From Eledone cirrhosa (lineage: Eukaryota), in the NCBI GenBank assembly GCA_964016885.1, contig OZ024740.1, positions 422,778,001 to 422,842,000 of the forward strand: 64,000 nucleotides of DNA. The letters are read 5' to 3'. Positions 12,571 through 25,349 of this stretch are shown piece by piece. Position numbers and translations under genes: made by a program. Position 1 is the first letter of the stretch; each line of letters opens with the position of its first letter. The notes beneath the pieces are model-generated. The model saw nothing but the letters and a program-made list of their open reading frames with translations, had not been told where the DNA came from and searched no databases.

Positions 12571-15500
12571 CCTCACAATTTCCCTCCCCCCCCACTCCCA
12601 CACACCACCATAGTCTATTCGACCAATCAAACCTAGCATGCCATTTCCACTGCTGCTGCTACTACCTGCCTAACTAACTCTCTCCTCCTCTGGCGCATCC
12701 CAACACACCCTGCCATTACCCCACCACCACTGTACTTCTAGCCCTCAATTTTCCCGCCATTATGGATGGATGAGCTGGGAATACACGAGCAACTCTGAAT
12801 CAATAGATGAAATATGAATCTGCGAGCTACCAAGCACCCACGTGAAGCGCCAACCCAGAGACCCTCCCCTACGAGTGTCGACAAATGCCCAAAACTCCGA
12901 GTTGGTACCATCAATGTAGGCTCAATGAAAGGAAGAGCAGGAGAAATCGTAGAAATGCTAGAGCGAAAGGAAGTTGATGTATGCTGTGTGCAAGAGACTA
13001 GATGGAGAGGAGGGTCTGCTAGAGTCCTTGTAGGAAAAAGCCAGTGCTACAAATTTTTCTGGGTGGGAAATGACGATGGGATGGGTGGTGTAGGTATACT
13101 ATTAGCTGACAAGTGGGTAGATAAAGTAATCTCTGTGTACAGGGTAAATGCAAGAATCATTAAACTCAGACTAGTCCTGAATAAGACAATTACCACAATA
13201 ATATCAGCTTACGCACCCCAATCGGGGCTGCCAGACGAACTTAAGGATAGGTTTTACGAGTCCCTAATACACACTACTGCTCTAACAGACGACAAGGACT
13301 TCCTAATCATTGCAGGAGATTTTAACGGACACGTAGGTAAACACTGCGACGGCTTCAATAGAGTACATGGAGGCCATGGAGTTGGCACAAGGAATGAGGA
13401 AGGATTCAGACTTCTAGAATTCTGCGACGCCAATGACATGTCGATATGTAACACAAACTTTAAAAAACCCGACAACCACCTGATCACCTATAGATCAGGG
13501 GAGCACTCTAGTCAGTTAGATTTTATCCTCATCAGAGGACGTGACAGATGGACGGTCATAAACACAAAAGCCTTCCCTAGTGAGGAATGTACATCCCAAC
13601 ATAGCTTAGTTGTCAGCGACCTCACGGTCAGAACTAGACGAGCCCTGAAACAGAGGCCAACCTGGAGAAGAAAGATCTGGAAGCTGAAAGTCCCCTCAAC
13701 CAGTAACAGATTTAAAGATATTTTACTCAACGCCTACGACAGTAAAGAAGAACAGATAGAGACATTTAACGTAGAAGAGAACTGGGAGTTCCTAAAAAAT
13801 AACTTACTAGAGGCGACGGATGAGGTTTGTGGCTGGAGTAAGACCTCAAGCAGGAGGAGAGTGACTTGGTGGTGGAACAATAAGGTAGATGAAACAGTCA
13901 AGGCCAAGAGACAGGCATGGAAAGAATGGAAGAACGGGGGGAGCAGGGTACATTACATAGAGACCAAGAGGGAAGCTAGGCGACAAGTATACTTAGCTAG
14001 GAGGGAAGCAGAGGATAGAAAATTCAAGCACGTTTTACAACGTGAGGACCAGAAACAGGAGGTATTCAAGATTGCGAGGCAGTGTGTCAGAGATAGTTGT
14101 GATATCATTGGAGAGAAGTGTATCCGGAATGATAAAGGTGAGCTTGCCCTCACAAGTGCTGAGAAGAAAGATGCATGGAAGAGTCATTATGATAGATTAC
14201 TAAATGAGGAGAATGCATGGGAAGAAGAGACCCTACCCCACGTAGACCCTATAGAGGGACCAGCAGTACAAGTCAGCGGCAGCGTAGTAAGTAAGGCAAT
14301 CAGAGATATGAAGATAGGGAAGGCAACCGGTCCATCGGGTATAGCTGCCGAGATGCTGAAGGCATCTGGGTCTGTAGGTCACACTATAACCACACGTATC
14401 GTTAACCAGGTAATACTAGAGGGGGCCATACCAAAAGATTGGTGCAGTAGCATCATTGTCAACTGCTACAAAGGTAAAGGCGATGCACTAGATAGAGGAA
14501 ACTATAGAGGTATAAAGTTGATGGACCAGGTCATGAAAGTAACAGAAAGAGTTATAGCACAGCTGATTAGGGACCGGGTGAATATAGACGAGATGCAATT
14601 TGGGTTTGTACCAGGGAAAGGCACCACTGATGCCCTCTTCCTTGTGAGGCAATTACAGGAAAAGTACCTAGCTAAAAGTAAGCCACTCTACTTGGCATTT
14701 GTCGACCTTGAGAAAGCCTTTGACAGAGTTCCACGTGCAGTAATCTGGTGGGCTCTTAGAAAACTAGGAGTAGATGAATGGCTTGTGAAAGCGGTACAAG
14801 CCATGTATAGGGGAGCAGTCAGCAAAGTTAGGATTGGCAATGAGTATAGCGAGGAATTTAGCGTACAGGTTGGGGTCCACCAGGGCTCTGTTCTTAGCCC
14901 TCTCCTGTTCATCATAGTCCTGCAGGCAATAACGGAGGAGTTTAAGACCGGATGCCCATGGGAACTCCTGTATGCTGATGACCTCGCACTCATAGCTGAA
15001 TCTATGGTAGAACTAGGGAATAAATTCCAAACCTGGAAGCAGGGACTAGAGAGAAAGGGCCTCAAAGTCAACATGACAAAGACTAAGGTCCTTATAAGTA
15101 GACGAGAAAACAGAACCCAGATCCCCTCAGGGAAATGGCCTTGCTCAGTATGTAGGAAAGGTGTAGGTAGGAACTCCATTCTCTGCCCCAAATGCAAACA
15201 ATGGGTACACAAGAGATGTAGCGGGATCTCAGGAAGCTTAATTAAGAATGTAGGATTCACATGCAGCAGCTGTGCTGAAACAGCAAGCAAACAGCCACAG
15301 GAAACAAGTACCACCAATCTCTGGGAGGGCCCTGTAGAAACAGTAGACAGCTTCTGCTACCTAGGTGACCGAATTTGCAACGGAGATGGGTGCTCAGAAA
15401 GTACAATAACTAGGGTAAGAACGGGATGGAAGAAGTTTAGGGAACTACTACCACTGCTAGCTGCAAAAGGCTTCTCCCTCAGAATGAAAGGCAGACTGTA

Positions 15501-16235
15501 TGATGCGTGTATCCGAACAGCGATGTTGCATGGTAGTGAGACCTGGGCGCTGAAGGTGGAAGACTTACGTAGATTAGAGAGAAACGAAGCCTGCATGCTC
15601 CGATGGATGTGTAACAGTAATATACGTGAACGACAAAGCATAAAGGAATTGAGAGAGAGACTGAGCATAAGAGGAATCAAATGCTGCGTGCAGGAGAGGC
15701 GGTTACGCTGGTATGGACATGTGATGCGTATGAAGGATGACAGCTGCATAAAAAGGTGCAGAGCACTAGAAGTTGATGGAAACCGCGGAGTGGGGAGACC
15801 CAAGATGACTTGGGATGAGGTGATAAAAGCTGACCTTACCCAACTACACCTCTCAAAGTCAATGACACACGACCGTGACTTCTGGCGTCACGCAGTAATA
15901 CAGGGTACCCGACCTCCCATGGGTACATGCTGAAGCATATAAACAATATGCCCCCACTCCCCCCACCGCAAGGTGGTCGTGGAGGTGCCACGGCAAAAAA
16001 GCACCCAGCCCACACTGTAAAGTGGACGTGTAGGCGCCACGAAAAAGCACCCAGCACTCACTGTAAATGAGGTTGGTGTTAGGAAGGGCATCCAGCTGTA
16101 GAAATCAAGCCAGATCAGTTCCTGTATGAGCAAGGCATGGTCAGCCGACCAGACACTGCCCACAACAGGACAACCCGTCTAACCCATGCTAGCGTGGAAG
16201 AACGGACGTAAAACGGTGATGATGATGATGATGAT
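12571..16235 (+). mobile_element. Apparently full-length RTE-clade non-LTR retrotransposon: 5' leader, single ORF, 3' UTR, (GAT)n tail
   Basis: Single APE+RT ORF. The 3' UTR ends ...GGACGTAAAACGGTGATGATGATG, followed by (TA)n. A single ORF with a short-repeat tail is typical of RTE. Confidence 0.93.
12814..15933 (+). CDS. Intact RTE ORF, 1039 aa: AP-like endonuclease, reverse transcriptase, PHD-like zinc-finger insertion
   Basis: APE motifs GTINV, CCVQET, SAYAP, GDFNGH, LDFIL, SQHSLV. RT motifs [48 protein letters not shown]-type C-terminus RLRWYGHVMR...GRPKMTW. Confidence 0.95.
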   Translation: MNLRATKHPREAPTQRPSPTSVDKCPKLRVGTINVGSMKGRAGEIVEMLERKEVDVCCVQETRWRGGSARVLVGKSQCYKFFWVGNDDGMGGVGILLADKWVDKVISVYRVNARIIKLRLVLNKTITTIISAYAPQSGLPDELKDRFYESLIHTTALTDDKDFLIIAGDFNGHVGKHCDGFNRVHGGHGVGTRNEEGFRLLEFCDANDMSICNTNFKKPDNHLITYRSGEHSSQLDFILIRGRDRWTVINTKAFPSEECTSQHSLVVSDLTVRTRRALKQRPTWRRKIWKLKVPSTSNRFKDILLNAYDSKEEQIETFNVEENWEFLKNNLLEATDEVCGWSKTSSRRRVTWWWNNKVDETVKAKRQAWKEWKNGGSRVHYIETKREARRQVYLARREAEDRKFKHVLQREDQKQEVFKIARQCVRDSCDIIGEKCIRNDKGELALTSAEKKDAWKSHYDRLLNEENAWEEETLPHVDPIEGPAVQVSGSVVSKAIRDMKIGKATGPSGIAAEMLKASGSVGHTITTRIVNQVILEGAIPKDWCSSIIVNCYKGKGDALDRGNYRGIKLMDQVMKVTERVIAQLIRDRVNIDEMQFGFVPGKGTTDALFLVRQLQEKYLAKSKPLYLAFVDLEKAFDRVPRAVIWWALRKLGVDEWLVKAVQAMYRGAVSKVRIGNEYSEEFSVQVGVHQGSVLSPLLFIIVLQAITEEFKTGCPWELLYADDLALIAESMVELGNKFQTWKQGLERKGLKVNMTKTKVLISRRENRTQIPSGKWPCSVCRKGVGRNSILCPKCKQWVHKRCSGISGSLIKNVGFTCSSCAETASKQPQETSTTNLWEGPVETVDSFCYLGDRICNGDGCSESTITRVRTGWKKFRELLPLLAAKGFSLRMKGRLYDACIRTAMLHGSETWALKVEDLRRLERNEACMLRWMCNSNIRERQSIKELRERLSIRGIKCCVQERRLRWYGHVMRMKDDSCIKRCRALEVDGNRGVGRPKMTWDEVIKADLTQLHLSKSMTHDRDFWRHAVIQGTRPPMGTC

Positions 16236-16258
16236 TTATATATATATTTATATATATT

Positions 16259-16291
<33 letters not shown>

Positions 16292-16294
16292 ATA

Positions 16295-16325
<31 letters not shown>

Positions 16326-16327
16326 TT

Positions 16328-18430
16328 ATCATCATCATCATCATCATCAACGTTTAACGTCCGTGTTCCACGCTTGCATGGGTTTGGACGGGGGTAGTCC
16401 CACTTGAGGCAAGAATGATTGTCTTGCTCGCATAGGACTGTCTGGCAGGTTTTCTACAGTTGGATGCCCTTCCTAACACCAACCACATTTACAGTGTGGG
16501 TCTGGGAGGTTTTTACCGTGTTGCCTACACGGCCACATTACAGCGTGGACTGTGTGTTTTTTTGTCGTGACACCTACACGATCTCATTTGTTTCGGCCTC
16601 GATGGCGCGGCACCAACATAACTTTACATAGAACGGGGTGGTGTGGATGGGGTGGGGGTGGTGGTGGTGGGACGGGGTGTATTTTATTAGAGATGCCTAC
16701 TGGCTGGAGTAGGTTTTACTATATATTTAGGTAAGGCGGGTCTTCTCTGTTACTGAGTACCGCCAAAGGTCTCGGTCCAGTGACATTGTCTTGGAGAGGT
16801 GTAAGTGTGTGATGTCGGAGTTTATCAGCTCGTCCCAGGTTTTTCTAGGTCTGCCTATTCCGTGACTACCGTCTATCTTTATTGCCCTGCACTTTGTTAT
16901 ACAGCTATCGACTTTCATGCGCATCACGTGTCCATACCAACGTAGCCTTCTCTCGAGTAAACATCTGATCCCTCTTATCTCTAATTTTTTCCTTAGTTCG
17001 TTTATGCTTTGCCGTTCACGTATATTACTGTTACACATCCAGCGGAGCATGCAAGCTTCGTTCCTCTCTAGTCTGCGTATATCCTCTGCACACAATGCCC
17101 AGGTCTCACTGCCATGCAGCATTGCTGTTCGTATGCAGGCATCGTACAACCTGCCTTTCATTTTTAGTGAGAACCCTTTAGCAGCTAATAGTGGTATAAG
17201 CTCTCTGAACTTTTTCCAACCAGTTCTGACTCTAGCTACAGTACTTTCAGAGCACCCTCCCCCACTGCTGATTTTATCGCCCAGGTAACGGAAGCTGTCC
17301 ACTATTTCTATAGTACCCTCTGCGCAATTGAAAGAGCTAGTATTTTGTGGGCACTTGCTGCTACTTATTGCACCAGAGCACCGGCCACATGTAAAATCTA
17401 TGTTCTTAGTTAGCTTACCTGTGATCCCACTACATCTTTTATGCACCCATACTTTGCATTTAGGACATAAAATGGAGTTTCTACCTACGCCTTTCCTACA
17501 CACCCAGCACGACCATTTTCCAGAAGGGACCGCCGCCTTGTTTTCTTTCCTACAAACTAGTACTTTGGTCTTAGCCAGGTTAATTTTAAGTCCTTTTGAC
17601 TCTAGGCCGTGCTTCCATGTTTGGAATTTCTTCTCTAGCTCGGCCATTGATTCCGCTATGAGTGTCAGGTCGTCTGCGTATAGGAGTTCCCATGGGCAGC
17701 CTGTCTTGAACTCCTCTGTTATAGCCTGAAGGACAATAATAAATAGTAGTGGGCTGAGAACAGAGCCCTGATGGACGCCAACTTTTACGCTAAACTCTTC
17801 ACTATATTCGTTGTTAATTCTAACCTTGCTGACTGTTTCTTTATACATGGCTTGTATAGCCCTCACAAGCCATTCGTCAACGCCTAGTTTTCTAAGAGCC
17901 CACCAGATAATGGAGCGGGGGACTCTGTCGAAGGCTTTCTCCAAGTCGACAAAAGCTAAGTAGAGGGGTTTACCTTTAGCTAGGTACTTCTCCTGTAGTT
18001 GTCGTACTATGAAAAGAGCGTCTGTGGTACTTTTGCCTGACACAAACCCGAACTGCATTTCATCTAGGTCAATTCTCTCTCTGATTAGTTGCGCTATTAC
18101 TTTTTCCGTGACCTTCATGACCTGGTCGATTAATTTAATGCCTCTATAGTTACTCCTATCTAGGGCGTCTCCTTTACCCTTATAACAGTTAACGATGATG
18201 CTGCTATGCCAGTCCTTCGGAACAACCCCATTCTGTACGACTTGGTTAACTATGCGGGTGACCATGGTGTGTCCCACCGTGCCAGATGCCTTCAGCATCT
18301 CAGCAACTATTTCCGAAGGCCCAGCCGCCTTACCCGTCTTCATATCCTTGATTGCCTTACTTATTATACTCCCCTCGACTAACACTGCTGGTCCCTCTAT
18401 TGGGTCGATATGGGGGAGACTGTCTTTCTC

Positions 18431-18432
<2 letters not shown>
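16328..18432 (-). mobile_element. 5'-truncated RTE copy (second subfamily), tail-to-tail with the intact element across (TA)n
   Basis: ORF 16727-18385 has RT motifs and the same PHD-like insert. (ATC)n tail at 16328; (TA)n on both sides. Confidence 0.93.
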
Positions 18433-18464
<32 letters not shown>

Positions 18465-18465
<1 letters not shown>

Positions 18466-18568
18466 CATCATCATCGTTTTACGTCCTTTCTTCCATGCTA
18501 GCATGGGTTAGAAGGGTTGTCCTGTTGTGGGCAATGCCAGGTCAAGTGACCATGTCTTGCTCATATGT
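18465..18568 (-). mobile_element. Isolated RTE 3'-tail fragment
   Basis: Reverse complement matches the RTE tails at 16125-16230 and 63895-63990. Confidence 0.7.
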
Positions 18569-18878
18569 ATCATCATCATCATCATTTTTACGTCCGCTTT
18601 TCCCTGCTTGCAAGGGTGGGACAGGAGCTGGTTCTGGCTTGATTTCTACAGCTGGATGCCCTTCCTAACACCAACATCATTTACAGTGAGTGCTGGGTGC
18701 TTTTTTGCTGTGGCACCTACACAACCATTTTCCAGTGGAATGATATGGACCCCAGTCCCTATCATCTCATTTCTACAGCTGAGTAAACTGGAGCAATGTG
18801 AAATAAAGTGTCTGAGAATTGAACTCACAACCTTTCGATTGCAAGGCCAATGCTCTAACCACTAAGCCATGTGCCTCC
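18569..18878 (-). mobile_element. tRNA-headed SINE (family A) with RTE-derived 3' tail
   Basis: Reverse complement of the 53520-53856 copy, with an internal deletion. Confidence 0.85.
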
Positions 18879-19071
18879 ATTTAGTAGTATGTCTATATAT
18901 AGATAGATGGCTACATACATATATAACAGCATCTTCTTTACTCATGCTTAGATTGATATATGTCTGTGTGCGTGTGTGTGCACGAAAAGTCAACGGAAAA
19001 CAATAAAGCAACAGTACAGTACAATGAAGATATATATTAGTTTAATGCTTGCTATAGTAAGAAACAAGTCG

Positions 19072-19114
19072 GAACGTTTCAGACGCTAGTCCTTCATCAG
19101 ATGATAGAATGAGA
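19072..19114 (-). ncRNA. Degenerate hammerhead-like motif, probable Penelope-like remnant
   Basis: Minus strand reads CTGATGA-AGGAC TAGC GTCT-GAAA-CG-TT. Stem I does not pair well. Confidence 0.4.
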
Positions 19115-19738
19115 AATAAAAGAAGAAATAGAAAGATTAGAAGAGTGAGAAAAGGAAGAAACAGTGAGAAAAAGCATGTGTATCTGTTGAACTGTTTTAC
19201 TGGTTTCACTCATTGGACTGTGGCAATGACCAAATGAGGTTTATATTTCAACATACTCCCTGGAAAGAAACAATGCAGTTATTAAGAAGAAGAGTTGAAA
19301 TTAATGCATTCAAGATTTCACAACTCTAGCATCATTCCTTCATAGTCAGCCTATCAACTTTTTAGCCCACCCTTGTAATTTAGCTGTAAGTATTGAAAAA
19401 TGTTTCATCTCCAAAGATAAGATTAATTAAGCCAGAAATTATAATCTTATTTAATAATGACTCATCTTAAGATAATTGATTTCTATTAATGGGATTACAT
19501 CGTATTTCATTATTAGTAAAGAACAGAAATACTTGGTTCCTTGTCTTTGTAGAGAAAACTAACTTGTATTGCATATAATATAAAAATCTCACATTGTTGC
19601 AGATATATGCTGTGAAGTTAGCTTTTTGGTCAAGAAAATATATTTCTTCTGCCATATGTTTTAGCAGATCTTGTTGGTATAAGATCTTCATAACTAATAT
19701 TACTTATACATCATCGTCATTACTGTTTAACGTATATA

Positions 19739-20394
19739 CAGTGCATCTTCGCTTATCCGGATATCGTTTTTCCAAAATTCGATTTACTGGATGGCTATTT
19801 CTATACTACCTCCGGATGAGGAGGACTTGATTTCGGCAGACGGACAGAGTCGGGCAGCATTTCTTCCGGCGAACGTTACGTCACTTATTCAGCCAATGGA
19901 CCAGGGAGTTCTGGAGACACTAAAGCGGATTTACAGAAAACAATTGCTGCGGGATTTGATTGGAAAAAGGGACACGGGAATGATTCCATTTTTACGTGCG
20001 ATAAACATGAGGGAGGTGGTTGACCGTTCAGCTGTTGCGTGGAAATGGTAGCGGAACGATGAGCTTCGGCACGAAAACAATCTTCTATTTATTCATTTTT
20101 AAAAAAGTACTAACTTTTTATGGTTTGACTCAATTCAGTTTTACCAAGTTTTTAGTTATTCTTATGTTTGTTTAATTAATTTTTTTATAAATTCTAGCTG
20201 TTCTTTTGTTATTCTAATAAACTTTCTTTATTTAGCATTTATCTTTTATTTTGACTAAAAGAAGCCAAAACATTAGAAACCACGAGCATTATGTAACAAT
20301 GGGATTTTAGAATTCACTTATCCGGATATTTCACTTAACCGGATCTTTTTCTAACTGTTTGGTTTTGACCGTTCGGATAAGCGAAGATTCACTG
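19739..20394 (+). mobile_element. Internally deleted pogo/Tigger-like (Tc1/mariner superfamily) DNA transposon
   Basis: TA|CAGTGCATCTTCGCTTATCCG ... CGGATAAGCGAAGATTCACTG|TA, i.e. TIRs with a TA duplication. Internal DDE_1-type peptide FLPANVTSLIQPMDQGVLETLKRIYRKQLL (ORF 19791-20051). Confidence 0.9.
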
Positions 20395-20436
20395 TATGTG
20401 TTTAGACTATGGCTAGGTAGTCTTAGATTCTGTTTA

Positions 20437-20765
20437 GCTCATTAATATTTTACTGTGTGGGGCGATATATTTGACAAGGTACCCCATTAATATTTTACTG
20501 TGTGGGGCAATATATTTGACCAGGTATCCCATTAATATTTTACTGTGTGGGGCAATATATTTACCCAGGTATCCCATTAATATTTTACTGTGTGGGGCAA
20601 TATATTTAGCCAGGTATCCCATTAATCCCTTAAGTGTGTGGGTCAATATATTTAGCCCATTAATCCCTTAACTGCGTGGGGTTTATATTTAGCCCATTGA
20701 TCCCTTACTGTGTGGGGCAATATATTTAGCCCATTAATCCATTACTGTGTGGGGCAATATATTTT
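20437..20765. repeat. Minisatellite, ~45-bp unit decaying to ~37 bp
   Basis: Repeats of CATTAATATTTTACTGTGTGGGGCAATATATTT. Confidence 0.9.
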
Positions 20766-21931
20766 AACCCAGAATTGGCATTCTTTTTATTTATTAGCCT
20801 GAAATGTTTGCCTGGAGTTGAAAATAAAAAAGGATAAATTCTTGCAAAGAATGAAATATGTGATATAAAATATAGATAGAATCCTGTGATTATCTTGTGA
20901 TCTTAGTCATAACCCTCCCACACATACACACACACACTTATGTACAGACATACACTTACATACAGACATACACACACACATATATATATACACTGACACA
21001 TACACACTCACACACACACAGACAATGTATCCTAGAGAGATTGCTGTAAAAGATAAAAGCTATGTAATGATACTGAGGTCGGGGTGTAGTAGAAGAATGT
21101 CTTTGATATCAATTATGTCTTCTCATATATCAAGTGGGGTCCATTCTTTCTGAAGATGGTAGGGTATGATGTGAGGGAAATTGTGCTGTTATTTCTATAA
21201 GATCAAGTGACCACATAGGGGAGGCTCCATTGTTGGTTTGAAAAGCAACATATATAGAGGAGTAGAAGAATTTAGACTTGGTGAAATAGATTTTTCAAGA
21301 ATAATTAACAGTCATCTAAGTAGATTAAATTGGTTTGAACTGTGAACTGTGAAATCAACTCAACTTGGTTTGCTGAAAGTTTGCCATTTATTTTATGGTG
21401 TTCTTTAAGATACAGTTTACTTACTGTATATACTTGAATATAAACTGAGGAATATGTGACCAAAAAATCAATGGTAAGAGGTTGGCTTATATTTGGGGGT
21501 CAATATTTTCACCAACTTCAAATTCTACATAAATAAAGTTTGGATTTTTTGCTCATTTCTCAGACATAAAATAGTAAGGTCAGCTTATATTTATATCAGC
21601 TTCTATTTGAGTATATACGGTAATTATTCATCTTCTGGAATTCTTTCTCTGCCTACATTTTATTGTAGACATTAATCTACAGTACTTCAAATTGAACACC
21701 AACTGTATCAATCTTGAGACTCTCAGACATTCTACAGATATCTGACAGATAATATCTTCCTTAAATCTTTTGAGTTTTTTTTTCATAACTTTTGCAATAC
21801 CAATCCCACCAAAAGCACCACTTGCCCCTTGTTACAATCCTATCTATATGACGCCTCCCACCTGGTTGTATTCTAGTTTAAAATCTCAACTGGGAAACCT
21901 TTAAATCACTTGAATTCTAAGTTGCTCTAAC

Positions 21932-22666
21932 AAATACTAATTTAATATACCAATAAATACTAGTTTAATATACCAATAAATACTAATTTAATATACCAAT
22001 AAATACTAGTTTAATATACCAATAAATACTAATTTAATATACCAATAAATACTAGTTTAATATACCAATAAATACTAATTTAATATACCAATAAATACCA
22101 GTTCAATATACCAATAAATACTAATTTACTATACCAATAAATACTAATTTAATATAATATACCAATAAATATTAGTTTAATATACCAATAAATACTAATT
22201 TAATATACCAATAAATACTAATTTAATATACCAATAAATACTAGTTTAATATACCAATAAATAGTTTAATATACCAATAAATACTAATTTAATATACCAA
22301 TAAATAGTTTAATATACCAATAAATACTAATTTAATATACCAATAAATACTAGTTTAATATACCAATAAATACTAGTTTAATATACCAATAAATACCAGT
22401 TTCATATACCAATAAATACCAGTTTAATATACCAATAAATACCAGTTTAATATACCAATAAATACCAGTTTAATATACCAATAAATACCAGTTTAATATA
22501 CTAATAGATACTAGTTTAATATAATATACCAATAAATACTAGTTTAATATAATATACCAATAAATACTAGTTTAATATAATATACCAATCAATACTAGTT
22601 TAATATAATATACCAATCGATACTAGTTTAATATACCAATAAATACTAATTTAATATACCAATAAA
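21932..22666. repeat. AT-rich minisatellite, 23-bp unit
   Basis: (AAATACTAATTTAATATACCAAT)n with variants. Confidence 0.95.
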
Positions 22667-22759
22667 TGAAACCAGTTACTGTTAGTTTACTAATCTTGTG
22701 CAAACTATTGATTATTTTGAAAACTTATTGGCAACTCGTAGATAGTCAATCATTATTAT

Positions 22760-22870
22760 CCCGCCGAGGTTAACTTTGCCTTTCATCCTTACGGGGTCGA
22801 TAGAATAAAGTACCAGTAGTGTACTGGGTAATTGCTGGCCTTGTGCCAAAAGTAGAAACAATTATTAGAA
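22760..22870 (+). mobile_element. Partial SINE, family B
   Basis: Matches the 3' half of the 35314-35505 copy. Confidence 0.7.
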
Positions 22871-23059
22871 TTATGATTACAAAAGGGATGAAGGTTATTG
22901 AACTAAAGAGAATGTTTAATTATTTGAAATATGTTTTTGTTGTGACTTCCCCCCTCCTCTCTCTCCTTGTACAATTTTGTTGTTGTTTAGCCTCTGTTCT
23001 GCCCTAGATTCAGCCATGATTATTCTACCTGTTTGTATATAGAATATAAAAACCCCTTC

Positions 23060-23375
23060 CGCCATGAATGTCCATGGATTTTCACCTAGGAAGTTCCTCT
23101 CTGAGACAAGTCTGGGCAAGGTTGTTTGTGGAAAACCAACAGTGACCCATACCAGTCTCTCCTCTCTCCGTGTCACCGATGTTGTCCAAGGGAAAGGCAA
23201 TGACTGATACAGCTGAGCACCAGTGACGTTGCAACTCATTTCTACAGCTGAAGGAACTGGAGCAACATGAAATAAAGTGACTTGCTCAAGGACACAACAC
23301 AAAGCCTGGGAATCAAACTCACAACCTCACGATTGTGAATCTGACTCTCTAACCACTGAGCCACCCACCTTCACA
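23060..23375 (-). mobile_element. tRNA-headed SINE related to family A in head and core, with a different tail
   Basis: Minus strand has GGCTCAGTGGTTAGAG (A box), GAGTTTGATTCC (B box) and CCTTGAGCAAGTCACTTT (core). Confidence 0.7.
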
Positions 23376-24274
23376 TATAGAATACAGGGTTATATTAATG
23401 TGTTAATGTTTATAAAACATGGAATGGTGTGTTTTGAGGATATCTACTTGTTATTTCTAGCAGGTCAACCATCCACATAGCGGGTCCCTTATTGTGTTAG
23501 TCTTGTCTAAGTATTGCATTTGTTTGTTTTCACACATTTGCTGTTACCGCATGTGTGTATGTGTGTGTGACTCTTGTAATATGTATCTGTGTGTTTGCTG
23601 GAATTTATTTTCAGCAAAAGAATATATTTAAGGCTAAATAAATGTAAATATTTTTTAGGGTAGAATGGATTGTTTGAGCTACATTTAACTTACAAACAAA
23701 CTGACAGACATATGGGAGTTTTAGTATTTATATAGATTAGCTCTGTAATTGCTTACTAACATTCTGTTTATATTTCTGCCAGTCTGTCATGTAGTATTAT
23801 CATACTATCATTTCGTTACCATAGCAGCAGTAATTCTTCAACTCTGATTGAAGCATTCCATCAACCTTTGCCTTTATTTAGTTGCTTTTCTGCTAGAAAT
23901 AGCAGCCAAATCTCCTGCAAATCCCTACCATTTTAAATAAGGAAAGGACACATTAGCTAATGTAGTGTTAGCAACACATAACACTACAGGATGGTTGATC
24001 ATGGTTGGAATACATTTCATCAGGGCTGACCTGTGGCTAAACAACAATAACCACTGTTATTTCAACAGTTACTTTTTGCACACCAACTTACTTGCTCAAT
24101 TGGATCTTGTTATTAAACTGCGAGGGAGCTGCACGGCCACTTGACTTGCTACAAGAAGCAGCTATCAGATCACACCCTACAATTTAAAAAGAATAAAAGG
24201 GACACATTGAATAATGTCCTTAATATAGTAAACCCTAGTAAAACACAATACAGGAAGATTACACTGTAATAATT

Positions 24275-24456
24275 GTTTCTACTTTTGGCACAAGGCCAGC
24301 AATTATCCCAGTGTATGACTGGTACTTTATTTTATCAACCCTGTAAGGATGAAAGGCAAAGTTAACCTCAGCTAGATTTGAACTCATAATGTAAAGGGCC
24401 ATAACTCTATGCTGCAAAGCATGGTGTCTGATGCTCTACCGATACTGCCAATCCAC
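24275..24456 (-). mobile_element. SINE family B
   Basis: Reverse complement of the 35314-35505 copy. Confidence 0.75.
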
Positions 24457-24565
24457 TGTTATAACATCCTTTGATCTTAGGTCTGTGCTTTAGTGATGAG
24501 TTTTCTCAATTTTATATGTATTCAAATACACTCTTGCTTCGTCTCGATCAGAGACAACATTGTTT

Positions 24566-24624
<59 letters not shown>

Positions 24625-25349
24625 ATACATTAACAGAGAAAGCCTTGATACTCTGACCAACTCCATCTCACTCAACAAACATTAGGATATACCTAAGTAT
24701 TTTCCCAATTTAGTGTTTGGGGTGCTAACTAATCAGTATTTCGTGGATAGCTGGTTGTATTATTTTATATAAGACATAAATAAATATCTCTTTCCTTCCA
24801 GACGGCTGTTTCGTTATAAGATTTCTACAATTTGGGATAAATAATTTCCAGGTTATGTAGAAACTTGTATATAATCCATAGTTTTATACACAAGCGGGCT
24901 CTTATAAACCCATCAGTGGATGCCCAAATATATATATATGTGTGTATATATATGAATGCATAAATATATATAAACAGTGTATGAAAGCCCCAGTTTGTCA
25001 TTGTTGTGAATGTGTTAGCTACTAAAGTTGTACATTAGTAGACTGTTATTGTCCAGATTTAAGTGGGAACTGTTGTCAATATAACCTGTTGTCTTTAATC
25101 AAAATTGAAATACTGTCTCAACTGTTGTAATGTATTTGGTATGACACTAGTGAGAATATATTGTGGAGTAGAAGTGATGGTAGATTTAGTAGACTACTAC
25201 TACTACTACCATATATAGTTATGTCTCTATCCACAGTTGATATCCCCTTTATCTTCCAGCCTCCCATCAGTGTAATATTGACTATATCCTCCTCCTCCTC
25301 CTCTAAATTGCTGGCCTTGTGCCTAAATTAGATATCATTATTATTAAGA

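Noticed and set aside
13254-15803. Antisense ORFs over the RTE
   Set aside because: Shadow frames of a long coding sequence.
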